64,000 nt of DNA from Candidatus Hodarchaeota archaeon (GTDB lineage: Archaea > Asgardarchaeota > Heimdallarchaeia > Hodarchaeales > Hodarchaeaceae), in NCBI GenBank assembly GCA_016840035.1, contig JAEOTC010000111.1, positions 3,657-67,656 of the forward strand. Direction: 5' to 3'. The notes under the pieces are model-generated. The model did not search any database. It was not told the origin of the DNA and was given only the letters and a program-made list of their open reading frames with translations. The position numbers were made by a program, and so were the translations under genes. Every line of letters begins with the position of its first letter. The first letter of the stretch is position 1. This document shows positions 19,242-28,838 of the stretch, piece after piece.

Positions 19242-20117
19242 TCATTCTACTTTCTTTTTCAATTCTGTTTCCCTTATTCGTTGCTTTAAGACTCTTGAGC
19301 TGACAAATAGAGTTAATATCGCTAATTCCAACGATATCCAAGAAGTCTTTGAAGCGGAAGTTTCCCCAGGAAATGAAGTTGAAGCCGTATAAAATTCTAT
19401 TATACTAGAATGTGTATTAGGATCAATAGTTATTGTATAATTATAATAGATGGGAAGAGCAACCTCGACATAAGGAGAATCGGAATATCGGCCGGTTCTT
19501 TCCCAATATCCTTGGTAGTCAACACTTGTAATCTCGATATCTGTAAGCCATTTGATCCATTTATAACCATAAAACCTTGGACACACTAATCTAATCGGAT
19601 AGCCATGATCTGGTGGAAGGGGTACTCCATTCATTTCATATGCTAAGATTACATCATTCCAAAAAGCCTGTTCAATTGTTAAACTTGTTGAATACCCCTG
19701 AGAGGAGTGATCAGGAGTTCTAAAAATAACATCGACTGCTGTTTCGAATTTAAGTTCCACTAAATTTAAGATCTCACTTAAACGGACACCCGTCCAGTTC
19801 GCAACTCCAGTGTATGAACGAGCTCCAGATTCATAAGCAACACAGGTAAGTCTGACAATCTCAGAAGTAACAGGAAGGGCTTTTATCTCACTCAAATTCA
19901 AGGTTAATGGATTATAAACATTACCAATGACTTTTAATTTATACGTTTCAGAATTCAAGTCAAAAAAGTCGATTGCAGTCTTAAAGAATTCGTCATTAGG
20001 AGTTATAGGTGAGTCTATGAAAATTTGAGCATTACCTTTAGGAAAAATCCCAAGAAAACCATATAAAACTAAAGCTACTAAAAAAACAGCTTTCCAATTT
20101 TTTGTAAAAGAAAGCAT
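19242..20117 (-). CDS. sulfite-oxidase-family molybdopterin-binding oxidoreductase domain protein, membrane anchored
   Basis: RLTCVAYESGARSYTGVANWTGVRLSEIL (Mo-ligand Cys context), NGVPLPPDHGYPIRLVCPRFYGYKWIKWL. N-terminal signal and a C-terminal hydrophobic segment. Confidence 0.7.
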   Translation of the reverse strand: MLSFTKNWKAVFLVALVLYGFLGIFPKGNAQIFIDSPITPNDEFFKTAIDFFDLNSETYKLKVIGNVYNPLTLNLSEIKALPVTSEIVRLTCVAYESGARSYTGVANWTGVRLSEILNLVELKFETAVDVIFRTPDHSSQGYSTSLTIEQAFWNDVILAYEMNGVPLPPDHGYPIRLVCPRFYGYKWIKWLTDIEITSVDYQGYWERTGRYSDSPYVEVALPIYYNYTITIDPNTHSSIIEFYTASTSFPGETSASKTSWISLELAILTLFVSSRVLKQRIRETELKKKVE

Positions 20118-20243
20118 GCTAGTAGGTCGGAAAGAGTATTTATTAAGTCTTTTCTCCTTAATAACGATAGTGAATAAAAAATAAACTAAATTTCTGTGGA
20201 ATTATTGATTAAATTTGAGAAAAAAAGAAATGAGTGTATAAAC

Positions 20244-20381
20244 TTATTTTAAATACCCACTAGTAGTAAAATAAGGGACTAGATATCCCATTATGACTCC
20301 CCAAATCACATGACCTATTCCACCAATCATAGTGAGTAAATTGAGATTAAATAAAGGAGCACCTCCCATCATAGGTACCAT
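20244..20381 (-). CDS. possible 45-aa hydrophobic mini-protein (below the ORF-track cutoff)
   Basis: My translation: MVPMMGGAPLFNLNLLTMIGGIGHVIWGVIMGYLVPYFTTSGYLK. It starts 13 nt after the stop of the upstream metallophosphoesterase, with GGGTGA just upstream. There is no other support. Confidence 0.25.
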   Translation of the reverse strand: MVPMMGGAPLFNLNLLTMIGGIGHVIWGVIMGYLVPYFTTSGYLK

Positions 20382-20393
20382 CACCCTCTTCAA

Positions 20394-21599
20394 TCATTTC
20401 CGTTTCCTTTGGATCAAGATGAAAACTATCCCAAAGATTAGATAAAACGAAAATGATGTTGTTTCCTCTGATGTACTAGGTATGGAAGGGATAGAGGAAG
20501 AGGAAATTGACATACTCGCGGTTGTTGTTGTTGGATCCGAAGTTGTTGGATTTGAAGTTATCGGATCAGTTGATGTCGATGTACTACTGATTGATGAAGT
20601 TACGTTGAAGGAATCTCCTAAGGTGATAGATTTATCCGTTTCGTTGAATATAAAAACTTCTACACCCAAATTTAATTCTCCTGCATTTTCAGTGACTGTT
20701 ACATTACAGTAGTGAAATTCAGAGAAGTAGACATCGGAATCTTGCCATTCAGATGTATCTCCATTTGTGTATAAGTCTGCACCTGCTCCACCAGTTGTTA
20801 CATATGTAATACTATTGCGAACTGTCCGATAGTAATAATGATCATGCCCAGAAAATACCAAATCAACGCCATAGTCAATAAAAATTGGATCAAGTACTGA
20901 CCGTACTTCTTGGGCATCATCTACACGTCCCGGGTCACGAACAGAGTAACACGGACGGTGGAAAACAGCTACAACGAATTCAAGTGTATTATTCTCGAGA
21001 TCGTTAATTAACCAATTATATTGGTCGGTTGTAATATCAAATTGCCCAGTCCAATTTTCCTCAGTGTTAATAAAAACGAAATGTATTTGATTCATATAAT
21101 CAAAGCTATAATACCGCTCATTTCCAGGCAGTTCTACGTTAGCTAGATATGTGGAAAAATCTTCGTCAGGAGGACCCCAGTTACTTGGGCCTAAAGCATA
21201 GGTATATCTTTCATGATTTCCTATTGCGTAGTAAAAAGTTACATTCTCTTTCGTTGCGTTTTCGATATCTTCAAAATACCGATCCCAATCATCTTGTTCT
21301 CCACCAGAGTTCACTAAATCCCCAGAATGGACTATGAATTCTAAATTTGGATTATTTTCTACTATAGAGGTAATAATGGCTGCTCTTGTAGGATTGCTAC
21401 TATTCTCATGTGGATAGTTCATATTATCATAATCCCAAGGTTCATGCTGTTGACGACTGTCACCTATTGCAATGAAGTACCAAGAGTTTGAAGATGTACT
21501 TGAAGCAATATTTTCAATTGATCTCTCACCTATCACAATTAGAACCGAAAAAGTCATTAGTAGAATAAGTACGATGAAAATAGATTTATTTTTTGCCAT
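20394..21599 (-). CDS. secreted calcineurin-like metallophosphoesterase (paralog) with Ser/Thr-rich linker and C-terminal anchor
   Basis: AIGDSRQQ, HSGDLVNSGG, GNHERY, GHDHYY. Signal peptide. Tail SFSFYLIFGIVFILIQRKRK. Confidence 0.85.
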   Translation of the reverse strand: MAKNKSIFIVLILLMTFSVLIVIGERSIENIASSTSSNSWYFIAIGDSRQQHEPWDYDNMNYPHENSSNPTRAAIITSIVENNPNLEFIVHSGDLVNSGGEQDDWDRYFEDIENATKENVTFYYAIGNHERYTYALGPSNWGPPDEDFSTYLANVELPGNERYYSFDYMNQIHFVFINTEENWTGQFDITTDQYNWLINDLENNTLEFVVAVFHRPCYSVRDPGRVDDAQEVRSVLDPIFIDYGVDLVFSGHDHYYYRTVRNSITYVTTGGAGADLYTNGDTSEWQDSDVYFSEFHYCNVTVTENAGELNLGVEVFIFNETDKSITLGDSFNVTSSISSTSTSTDPITSNPTTSDPTTTTASMSISSSSIPSIPSTSEETTSFSFYLIFGIVFILIQRKRK

Positions 21600-21638
21600 T
21601 TATATCATCCTTGTCTATTTATCTATAAAGGTAAACGA

Positions 21639-23057
21639 TTATTCACGACCACCCTTTTGAGCAAATGAAATCGCATCCTGAAGATACGCCAATACTTCCC
21701 TCTCTGATGGAGTTGCTTCTACACCCATAGTTGAAACAATATAGCGTCGAATTTCCGCCTCCGTTGGAGGGGATCTTACAATCATTTTTGTGAGATCTTG
21801 CATAAAACCATTTGAAACATCTGTCATTACTTTGGCCATCTGTTTAATAGATTGGGCTTTCATTTCAGCTTCACCCATGTCTGATAGAAATTGGACTCCC
21901 GCTTCTCTTAAACGCCGTGAAAGAGCCTCTCGAGAACCTAAAAACTGAGATATGTTCGCTAGTGACCATGTCAAGATCGAGAATGCTACCAAATAACCAA
22001 CAAGAATACCCATACCTGTCCAACGACTTGGGCCTACAATGTTAAAAGTTGAAAGTCCTAGAGTCCCTATTGCTGCTAAATATAGATTTTTCTGCAAAAA
22101 CTTCGAATCCACATTCCTAGCAAATTTCATGAAGTTAAATGAAATTGGGGCGTATGCAGCTAAAAGAAAAAGATTCCCCACAAATGTTACAATCGAATTC
22201 GCAATCCCAGCCTCCGCACTAACATTTAATATATTGGTAAAGAACCATAAGAATAAAAAGAAGAATGGAAGGAAAAGTCTTTTTTGAGATCTTGACGCTT
22301 TTGCTTGATAGGGGACTCGCATACTTGATCCTGCAGCTGTTAAATAATATATATAAACAATTAAAACAACTGTTGCTACTAAAAAGAGAACCATAAATAT
22401 CATTTCTAAGTTTTCAGGTATCTCAGGTGGTGTTTGACCAAAATGCTCATAATCGGTCCAGTAAAATATATATTGTAATGTGATCGTAATCAATTGGACC
22501 ACAAACAAAATTATTATCGCTACTCCTACAATATAAAAAGATTTTACAAACTGGGCTTTGGAGAAATTGGCCCAAATTTTAAATTGTCTAGTCCAGACAG
22601 CAGCTGTGATGATACAACCACTTAATGCAAAGATATGATGGAAGAGTCTCATTACATGAGTTGCAAAAATCAATAATGTAGCTTGGTCTTCATTTGGGTC
22701 AATTGTGAGATACTCCGCTCCTAAAACTCCAGAAGAGAGGAAAATCTCACTCAAATATGTACATAAACTTAGAATTCCAGCAGAGAACATAAATAAGACA
22801 GAAATCATTAGAGCGGTCCGATAACGCGTTTGAACCTTAGATTCTTCTCTGAGCATAATCCTTGATAATCTATAGGCTAGTATTAATATGAAGAGAGTTA
22901 ATAATAATACAGAGGCCAATACTAGGACTGGAATTTCAGAAAAATTCGATGGATTTGCAAGAAAAGTTGTTATTAATAGATCAACCCAAGTTAAAATCAA
23001 AACTATTATGAGAAGTGTGTCTACATCTGAAAGTGATCGTCTAGACAATTTCGCCAA
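21639..23057 (-). CDS. polytopic membrane protein with soluble C-terminal domain, function unknown
   Basis: 472 aa, about 10 hydrophobic segments, then a roughly 100-aa polar tail. No nameable motif. Confidence 0.55.
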   Translation of the reverse strand: MAKLSRRSLSDVDTLLIIVLILTWVDLLITTFLANPSNFSEIPVLVLASVLLLTLFILILAYRLSRIMLREESKVQTRYRTALMISVLFMFSAGILSLCTYLSEIFLSSGVLGAEYLTIDPNEDQATLLIFATHVMRLFHHIFALSGCIITAAVWTRQFKIWANFSKAQFVKSFYIVGVAIIILFVVQLITITLQYIFYWTDYEHFGQTPPEIPENLEMIFMVLFLVATVVLIVYIYYLTAAGSSMRVPYQAKASRSQKRLFLPFFFLFLWFFTNILNVSAEAGIANSIVTFVGNLFLLAAYAPISFNFMKFARNVDSKFLQKNLYLAAIGTLGLSTFNIVGPSRWTGMGILVGYLVAFSILTWSLANISQFLGSREALSRRLREAGVQFLSDMGEAEMKAQSIKQMAKVMTDVSNGFMQDLTKMIVRSPPTEAEIRRYIVSTMGVEATPSEREVLAYLQDAISFAQKGGRE

Positions 23058-23106
23058 TATCCTTTTTGATGAGAACCTTAGTCTTTCCAGGAATTAATTC
23101 AGGATT

Positions 23107-23397
23107 TTACCAATCAAACCAAAAGGAAGTTTCTTGTTTAGGAGCATAGAGAAGGAAATGCTGATCTTCAGGAATAGCCCCATCCACAACAAGCCATCCT
23201 TGTGGTATAAATTCTTCGAAAAAAACTCTTAGCTTTTTTTCTCTCTCTAAAGATCCCTCATCCTCGTGTAGAGCATCTCGAAGTATATCATGAGCAGCCC
23301 ATCTGTTGCCTTGCTGTGCAGATCCGATTTCAATTAAAACATCAAGACGATCTCGTCTCGTTTTGTATTTTGTTGGTTTAAACTTGATTTTTTTCAT
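23107..23397 (-). CDS. hypothetical protein
   Basis: 96-aa ORF directly upstream of, and on the same strand as, the membrane protein. Basic N-terminus. Confidence 0.45.
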   Translation of the reverse strand: MKKIKFKPTKYKTRRDRLDVLIEIGSAQQGNRWAAHDILRDALHEDEGSLEREKKLRVFFEEFIPQGWLVVDGAIPEDQHFLLYAPKQETSFWFDW

Positions 23398-23463
23398 AAT
23401 TTTCTACCCCTCTAAAGGATAATTAAGAGGATAGCTCTGATTACGGACAGTAGAATCTTATAA

Positions 23464-24546
23464 ATGTTTGGAACATCTGTCGAAAGAAGCTATAGTTCTG
23501 GGGATCAAAGGATGCTTTACATGAACATAGGAAATAGAACAAGAAATGTGAAAGAACTAACAAAAAAACTAGTTAAAGAGAGATTATATGATTTAAATTA
23601 TGGTTCTGACGTTCTTCACGCTTTTAATGCTACTAGTAAACCACATTCGGCATCAGAACCCATTTCTTTAGGAATAGCTCTCATGGATATCGCCTGGCAG
23701 GTTTCTGGAAATATTCCTTCAGAAAAAGAACTTGGTGAAGCGTTCTTCCCTATTCACTGCTTCTTTCTGGGAACTGCTTATCAAGATGATCTTCTAGATT
23801 CTTTAGATACTGAAATCCCAAGACCTCTTGTGGAAACACTAGGAAAATCCACTTGTATGATAATGGGGAATATTTTATACTGTGAAGCTTTACTCTCGTT
23901 GCACTTGCTAAGCAAAGATCATTTGACTCAGGTAAAGCTTCTTGATTGTGGAGAAAAGTTAGTTCGAGACATAATGGAATCTGAAATAACTCGAAGAAAT
24001 CATATTGGAAAAATATTACCTTCAACAGAATTTTTTCGGATGTGGCGTCGTTTAACTCCGAATGGTTTATGTGCAACAATTGGAGGGATCCTAGGAGACT
24101 CATCAGAAGAGGAAATTGGTTTATTGGTAGAAATTGGATTAAATTTTTCTCTAATGGGAAGAATTCTTAAGGAAATCAGTGAAGTATACGGTTTGAAGGG
24201 AGATATTGCGGATAAATTCAAAAATAAACCACCTCAACTTCCCATCACCCTCGCTTTTGAAGCTGCTAATGCTTTCGAACGAAGAAAAATCATAGATGCT
24301 ATACAAATGTTAGCTAAACATCAAAGAGAGGATATAATTAATGAAAATAACAAAGATTTAGACATTTTAATTGATTATATTTCTAAATACGACTCACTTT
24401 CACATTGTTTGAAGATTTTACACGAAATCCTTAAAGAAACGAGAGATTTGATTAGGCAGCTTTCAGATTTGAACCATAGAGATCTGTTAACAAAGATATT
24501 AGATTCGAAACTCCCTCCAACAGCGTTTTCAGTAAAAAATCAATAA
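23464..24546 (+). CDS. divergent isoprenoid-synthase-fold protein (polyprenyl synthetase-like)
   Basis: One clear Asp-rich motif, FFLGTAYQDDLLDSLD (DDxxD). Helical composition. The second Asp-rich motif is degenerate (GDIADKF). Confidence 0.35.
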   Translation: MFGTSVERSYSSGDQRMLYMNIGNRTRNVKELTKKLVKERLYDLNYGSDVLHAFNATSKPHSASEPISLGIALMDIAWQVSGNIPSEKELGEAFFPIHCFFLGTAYQDDLLDSLDTEIPRPLVETLGKSTCMIMGNILYCEALLSLHLLSKDHLTQVKLLDCGEKLVRDIMESEITRRNHIGKILPSTEFFRMWRRLTPNGLCATIGGILGDSSEEEIGLLVEIGLNFSLMGRILKEISEVYGLKGDIADKFKNKPPQLPITLAFEAANAFERRKIIDAIQMLAKHQREDIINENNKDLDILIDYISKYDSLSHCLKILHEILKETRDLIRQLSDLNHRDLLTKILDSKLPPTAFSVKNQ

Positions 24547-24670
24547 TCTAGTTTCATCACATATTCCCCCTGGTTTTCTGAATTAACCCTTTTCTTGACG
24601 AAACATCTTTCTTATCACTACCCATCCCAAAACATAGTTCTTAAGATTGAGATTTTTTTATTACAAGTTC

Positions 24671-25120
24671 ATGGCAGAAATTAAAGAAATTATTGAGTTT
24701 GCTATTAAAAAAGAGATAGAAGCATATGATTTGTACTCAGGTATTGCAGAATCATCAAATAATCCTGCAGTTAAACAACTGCTTAGTGAGATAGCTAATG
24801 ATGAACTTGGCCATAAAGAAGCTTTAGAAAATCTTTCGAGGGCAGACAAGATACTTAATTTCGATATTGATAAAGTCCAAGATCTTAAACTATCTGATCA
24901 CCTGCAAGCGACAACTATTGATGAAGATTCCGATTTACAAGAGACCCTCGTTTTTGCTATGAAAGAAGAAAAAGGGGCTTATGAATTGTACACTCGAATG
25001 GCTAAAGCAGCTGAGACTAAGGAGAATGAAACAGTATTTCAGAAACTTGCTCAGATGGAATTGATTCACAAAAATAAACTTGAGTCTCTCTATGATGATA
25101 TGTTCTACGCTGACAATTAA
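24671..25120 (+). CDS. ferritin-like/rubrerythrin-family diiron domain protein
   Basis: Duplicated half-sites: EIEAYDLY...DELGHKEAL and EEKGAYELY...MELIHKNKL (E...ExxH twice). The track ORF starts at TTG 24647; the ATG at 24671 (MAEIKEI) is preferred. Confidence 0.7.
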   Translation: MAEIKEIIEFAIKKEIEAYDLYSGIAESSNNPAVKQLLSEIANDELGHKEALENLSRADKILNFDIDKVQDLKLSDHLQATTIDEDSDLQETLVFAMKEEKGAYELYTRMAKAAETKENETVFQKLAQMELIHKNKLESLYDDMFYADN

Positions 25121-25154
25121 CTCTACATACGTCGAAAAATTGCAATGGTTTCTT

Positions 25155-25763
25155 CTATCTTTCTATAAACTGCCTAAAGCTATCTAAAGCTACAAATTTA
25201 TCCCAAAATCTAACTAATAATTCAGCGGATCCGAAAGGTTTTAGATAGACATTTTCAGGTATCTCTCTATTTTCTTGAGAGATGATGAGAGCACCTGAAC
25301 TAATGAGTGATGTTAGCATTCCACCTGGTATTAATGGTTGTGGAAGAATTACTATTCCTGGGACTTCCATATGTGGGAAAGGATTGGTTTCAATTATACC
25401 CAAATATACACATACTGATAACTGTAGATCATCTGAATTATAGATCAGGAAAGGTGAAATCTCTTCGTGGAGATGATAGATCTGGGGTTTAGGGTCTTCC
25501 AGTTCACAAACCATTGTTTGTGTAGAAGTAATAAGGATACATTCACATCCTAATTCCTCTAAAACCTCTCTTTTAGTCGCCTCAGTAATTCCTTCATTAA
25601 TTTCTACATGACCACCCGTATTAGTGTATGTAATCTCCCAAAAATCCCCAATTTTCTTCCAATACCTTTCATTTCCTAGAACAAAGAGAAAATCTTCGTT
25701 CCATCGAAGTAACACTCCCGTACCCCATGTTTCATATGATAAAAGATCTTTTATATTCACCAA
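25155..25763 (-). CDS. NUDIX hydrolase
   Basis: Exact Nudix box spacing GHVEINEGITEATKREVLEELGC (Gx5Ex7REUxEExGU). Confidence 0.8.
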   Translation of the reverse strand: MVNIKDLLSYETWGTGVLLRWNEDFLFVLGNERYWKKIGDFWEITYTNTGGHVEINEGITEATKREVLEELGCECILITSTQTMVCELEDPKPQIYHLHEEISPFLIYNSDDLQLSVCVYLGIIETNPFPHMEVPGIVILPQPLIPGGMLTSLISSGALIISQENREIPENVYLKPFGSAELLVRFWDKFVALDSFRQFIER

Positions 25764-25855
25764 TCAGCACCTAGACAACGCTTGTTCATAAAAGTATTAT
25801 CCTCATCACTCTTAGGAGTGAAACATTTAAAGATTCTATTGGTAAGGCCCCCCTT

Positions 25856-26671
25856 ATGGTTTCTGCAGAGACATATTACTTCATTTTAGGATCCCTTATT
25901 CTTCTTCGTCTCCTCGGATTTGTCATTTTTTTTGATTTTTACCGTAAAAATAAGGAATTAAGGTTTTTCCACTTATCGCTGGCAACTCTATTTTATGCCT
26001 TAAGTCCAATCATCGATTTATTTATTCAAGATATTAGCGGAACGTCAACTTATGATTTCCTATATTTCATAAGCGAATTAACAACAGTTTTTGCACTGAT
26101 TCTCTTTATCTATGTATTCATTCAATACACCTCAACAGATAATTCCTATAGATTATGGTTTGCTCTATCAATTATTCTTATAATGCTTGTTCTCACCTAC
26201 CCAGTTATTGGATTTGAATTAAGCATCTTTCTGGTACATATTCTGAATTTATTCTTAATCCTAATAACCATCGCGCATATTATCCGAAAATGGGGAGTTT
26301 TAGCCCAAATTGCTGATAATAGTGCCTACTTCTTCTTCCTTTCTGCAATCATTATAGTGATAAATCTAAGTGTTTCATTCATTGCAGAAAGTCCTGAAAC
26401 TGAATTTCTCCAGTATACAGCCAATGTAGCCATTTCTCTTCTTGCCATTTTTATCTTCGTTCATCTCGAGTACAATCGTTTATCCATTCAGAAATACCTC
26501 CTAAAAGATGATTACTCTCATGCAGTCGCTCAGATATTACAATCCCTGATAGGCAGACTTGAAACCTCACAACGACAGGAAAATAACGAAGCAGCAAAAA
26601 CACTTATTGAAGAAGCAATTGAGGATTGCTTACGTGTTGGAGATCAACTAGCAAAAATCAGAAAAATATAA
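25856..26671 (+). CDS. polytopic membrane protein with short C-terminal helical domain
   Basis: About 6-7 hydrophobic segments, then DDYSHAVAQILQSLIGRLE, which resembles a histidine-kinase H-box. No ATPase domain is present. Confidence 0.5.
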   Translation: MVSAETYYFILGSLILLRLLGFVIFFDFYRKNKELRFFHLSLATLFYALSPIIDLFIQDISGTSTYDFLYFISELTTVFALILFIYVFIQYTSTDNSYRLWFALSIILIMLVLTYPVIGFELSIFLVHILNLFLILITIAHIIRKWGVLAQIADNSAYFFFLSAIIIVINLSVSFIAESPETEFLQYTANVAISLLAIFIFVHLEYNRLSIQKYLLKDDYSHAVAQILQSLIGRLETSQRQENNEAAKTLIEEAIEDCLRVGDQLAKIRKI

Positions 26672-26729
26672 GGAAGCACTCCTCTAATTGAGTAAATATA
26701 TCTTATTCATTAAGGAAACTGTGACTTAA

Positions 26730-27542
26730 ATGACTATGCAGATCATTTTATTGGGAACTGGGACTCCAATTCCTGATCCTAATCGCTCTGGACCAGCATT
26801 GGCTGTTATAAAGGGGGAAAGTGTCTATATTATCGACTTTGGACCTGGTGTGGTTCGAAGAGCGGTAGCTGCAGGTATTAAGCCATCTCAACTTACGACA
26901 GCTTTCCTTACACACATGCATTCAGATCACACGACGGGGTATCCAGATTTGATTTTCACTCCTGCTGTTGAAGGTCGACGTGATCCATTAATGGTTTATG
27001 GCCCTGAAGGATTAAGTTCAATGACTCAAAAAATACTTTCTGCATTTGATATGGATGTACAGGAGAGAAAAACTGGATTAGAACCAACACCAATGTCAGG
27101 TTATGAAGTGGAGGTGAAGGAAATCAGTTCTGGAGTAATCTACTCGAAAGATGAAATTATAGTGGAAGCATTTCCTGTAGAGCATGGATCTTGGCCTGCA
27201 TTTGGATATAAATTCAAATCTCCTACAAAGACAATTGCTATTTCAGGTGATACCTCAAAATCCGAATCTCTCATGAAACATGTAAACAACTGTGATATTC
27301 TAATTCATGAAGTTTATTCAGCTGAAGGCCTAAAAACAAGATCCCCAGACTGGATACATTATCATTCGACTTATCATACCTCTACTTATGAACTAGGCAA
27401 GATCGCACGACGAGTAAAACCAAATTTATTGGTCCTCTACCATCAGCTTTATATGGGAAAGACTGATGATGATCTTATCACCGAGATAAGAACGGAATAC
27501 GCAGGTCCTGTAGTCTCTGGTAAGGACTTAGATATATTCTGA
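26730..27542 (+). CDS. MBL-fold metallo-hydrolase (RNase Z/ElaC-like subgroup)
   Basis: LLGTGTPIPDPNRSGPA N-terminus, LTHMHSDHTTG (HxHxDH), late HEV and YHQ ligand contexts. Confidence 0.8.
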   Translation: MTMQIILLGTGTPIPDPNRSGPALAVIKGESVYIIDFGPGVVRRAVAAGIKPSQLTTAFLTHMHSDHTTGYPDLIFTPAVEGRRDPLMVYGPEGLSSMTQKILSAFDMDVQERKTGLEPTPMSGYEVEVKEISSGVIYSKDEIIVEAFPVEHGSWPAFGYKFKSPTKTIAISGDTSKSESLMKHVNNCDILIHEVYSAEGLKTRSPDWIHYHSTYHTSTYELGKIARRVKPNLLVLYHQLYMGKTDDDLITEIRTEYAGPVVSGKDLDIF

Positions 27543-27906
27543 GTGGTGTCTTCATGACTGAATTTGTCAGACAACTCTAAGAATAGAGCTCTGGACAGGA
27601 TGAGTCACACATCCGCTATCCGGCAAATCGGTACTTCGTGGAGAAATACTGATCCTAAGGATTACTTTCGGGGGGAATACTGCACCTAAATCCTTTACTC
27701 TCAATCAACATCAGTCTATTCAGGTAGCTTCTCCTTCGCCTTTGATGGGTAACTCATCTAACGTAGTTACGAAGGAGTTCAACCCAATTCTCGTAGGAAT
27801 ATTTCGACAATCACCTCTCCTAATAAATATCTACAGGGGATTTCCTTTTAAATTTGTTAGAGAGAGAGGTCTCCGAAACTACTAAAAATGACTGTGTCGG
27901 ACAAAA
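27543..27906. ncRNA. ORF-free, GC-enriched, hairpin-rich intergenic segment: candidate structured RNA or small inserted element (class unknown)
   Basis: No ORF of 60 aa or more in any frame. Hand-counted GC is about 38-48% per 60-nt block, against mid-30s elsewhere. Helices: CTCCTTCG/CGAAGGAG (27731-27738/27770-27777) enclosing GTAAC/GTTAC; CACCTCTCCTAA/TTAGAGAGAGAGGT (27812-27823/27857-27870); GGATG/CATCC; AGGATT/AATCCT. Confidence 0.3.
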
Positions 27907-28830
27907 ATGATAATGGAAATACTATCTAGACCATATAACAAGCAACAAGATTTTCAGAAAATTATGTTATTCTTGGCAGACCTATTTAACAGGACTGGTT
28001 CTTATGAAAACTGGTTTCCTGATAGATTTGAAAATAGTAGCGAATCTCGCGAAGACGGGATCAGAATCTGGGAATTAGATCACGAATCGATAAATTCAGA
28101 AAAAAACAAAATTATAGCATTAACAACCCGTGAATCACCTAAAGATTTTTATCTTCATGTTGATCCATTTTATAGACACATTGAACAAGAAATGGTAGAA
28201 TGGATAGAAAACTATCGTGCGAAGAATATTCCATCAAGCGTTAAGAAATATGAAGTAAAGATTAATATCCTAGAAGGAAATCCAGAACGGGAGAAACTCC
28301 TGTCAAAAATGGGTTATAAAAATCAAAATATCTATGGATATTATCGAATAAGAAAGACTGGTGCTCCACTTCCAACCTTTCCCTGTCCTGAAGGATTCGA
28401 GATTAGAACTCTGAAAAGAGCAGATTACGACCAATTAGCCCTCTTGATTAGAAGAGTGTTCGGACATGGTGATTATTTCACATCAGAGATTTTAGAATGG
28501 CTTGCTAGTTGTTCATTTTATAAAAAAGACTTAGATCTTGTTGTTGTGACACCAGAAGATATTATTGCGTCATTTTGCACCTTTAGGCTGGATCCCACAA
28601 GTCGTATAATTAGTCTTGAGCCAATGGGTACCAATCCTGACTACCGAGGACTTGGACTAGGAAAGGCCATACTTTCAGAGGGAATTAAACGATCTATGAA
28701 GTATGACCCTCCCTTTTTCTATATTGATGGAGCTGCCAATAATCCCGCAGCAAATCGGTTGTATGATGCAACTGGGTTCGCATCAGAATTTGCTATAAAT
28801 TCTTGGGTAAAATCGATAAAATTAGATTAG
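27907..28830 (+). CDS. GNAT-family N-acetyltransferase
   Basis: C-terminal acetyl-CoA loop MGTNPDYRGLGLGKAILSEG and NNPAANRLYDATGF. Confidence 0.75.
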   Translation: MIMEILSRPYNKQQDFQKIMLFLADLFNRTGSYENWFPDRFENSSESREDGIRIWELDHESINSEKNKIIALTTRESPKDFYLHVDPFYRHIEQEMVEWIENYRAKNIPSSVKKYEVKINILEGNPEREKLLSKMGYKNQNIYGYYRIRKTGAPLPTFPCPEGFEIRTLKRADYDQLALLIRRVFGHGDYFTSEILEWLASCSFYKKDLDLVVVTPEDIIASFCTFRLDPTSRIISLEPMGTNPDYRGLGLGKAILSEGIKRSMKYDPPFFYIDGAANNPAANRLYDATGFASEFAINSWVKSIKLD

Positions 28831-28838
28831 GATCCAGT

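Noticed and set aside
27575-27862. Terminal inverted repeats (CTCTAAGAA / TTGTTAGAG) as evidence for a MITE
   Set aside because: The match is only 8 of 9 bp. The right copy sits 25 nt inside the right direct repeat rather than abutting it. This is too weak to call a transposable element; it is only noted under the spacer finding.
27543-27906. Identification of the structured spacer as RNase P RNA or SRP RNA
   Set aside because: I looked on both strands for GAGGAAAGUCC / ACAGAA-type RNase P conserved regions and for the SRP helix-8 CAGG..GGAA..AGCA motif. Only weak partial resemblances turned up (GAAGGAGUUCAACCC, UAGAUGAG). The spacing is wrong, and the segment is too short relative to the flanking CDSs. 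Its class is left open.
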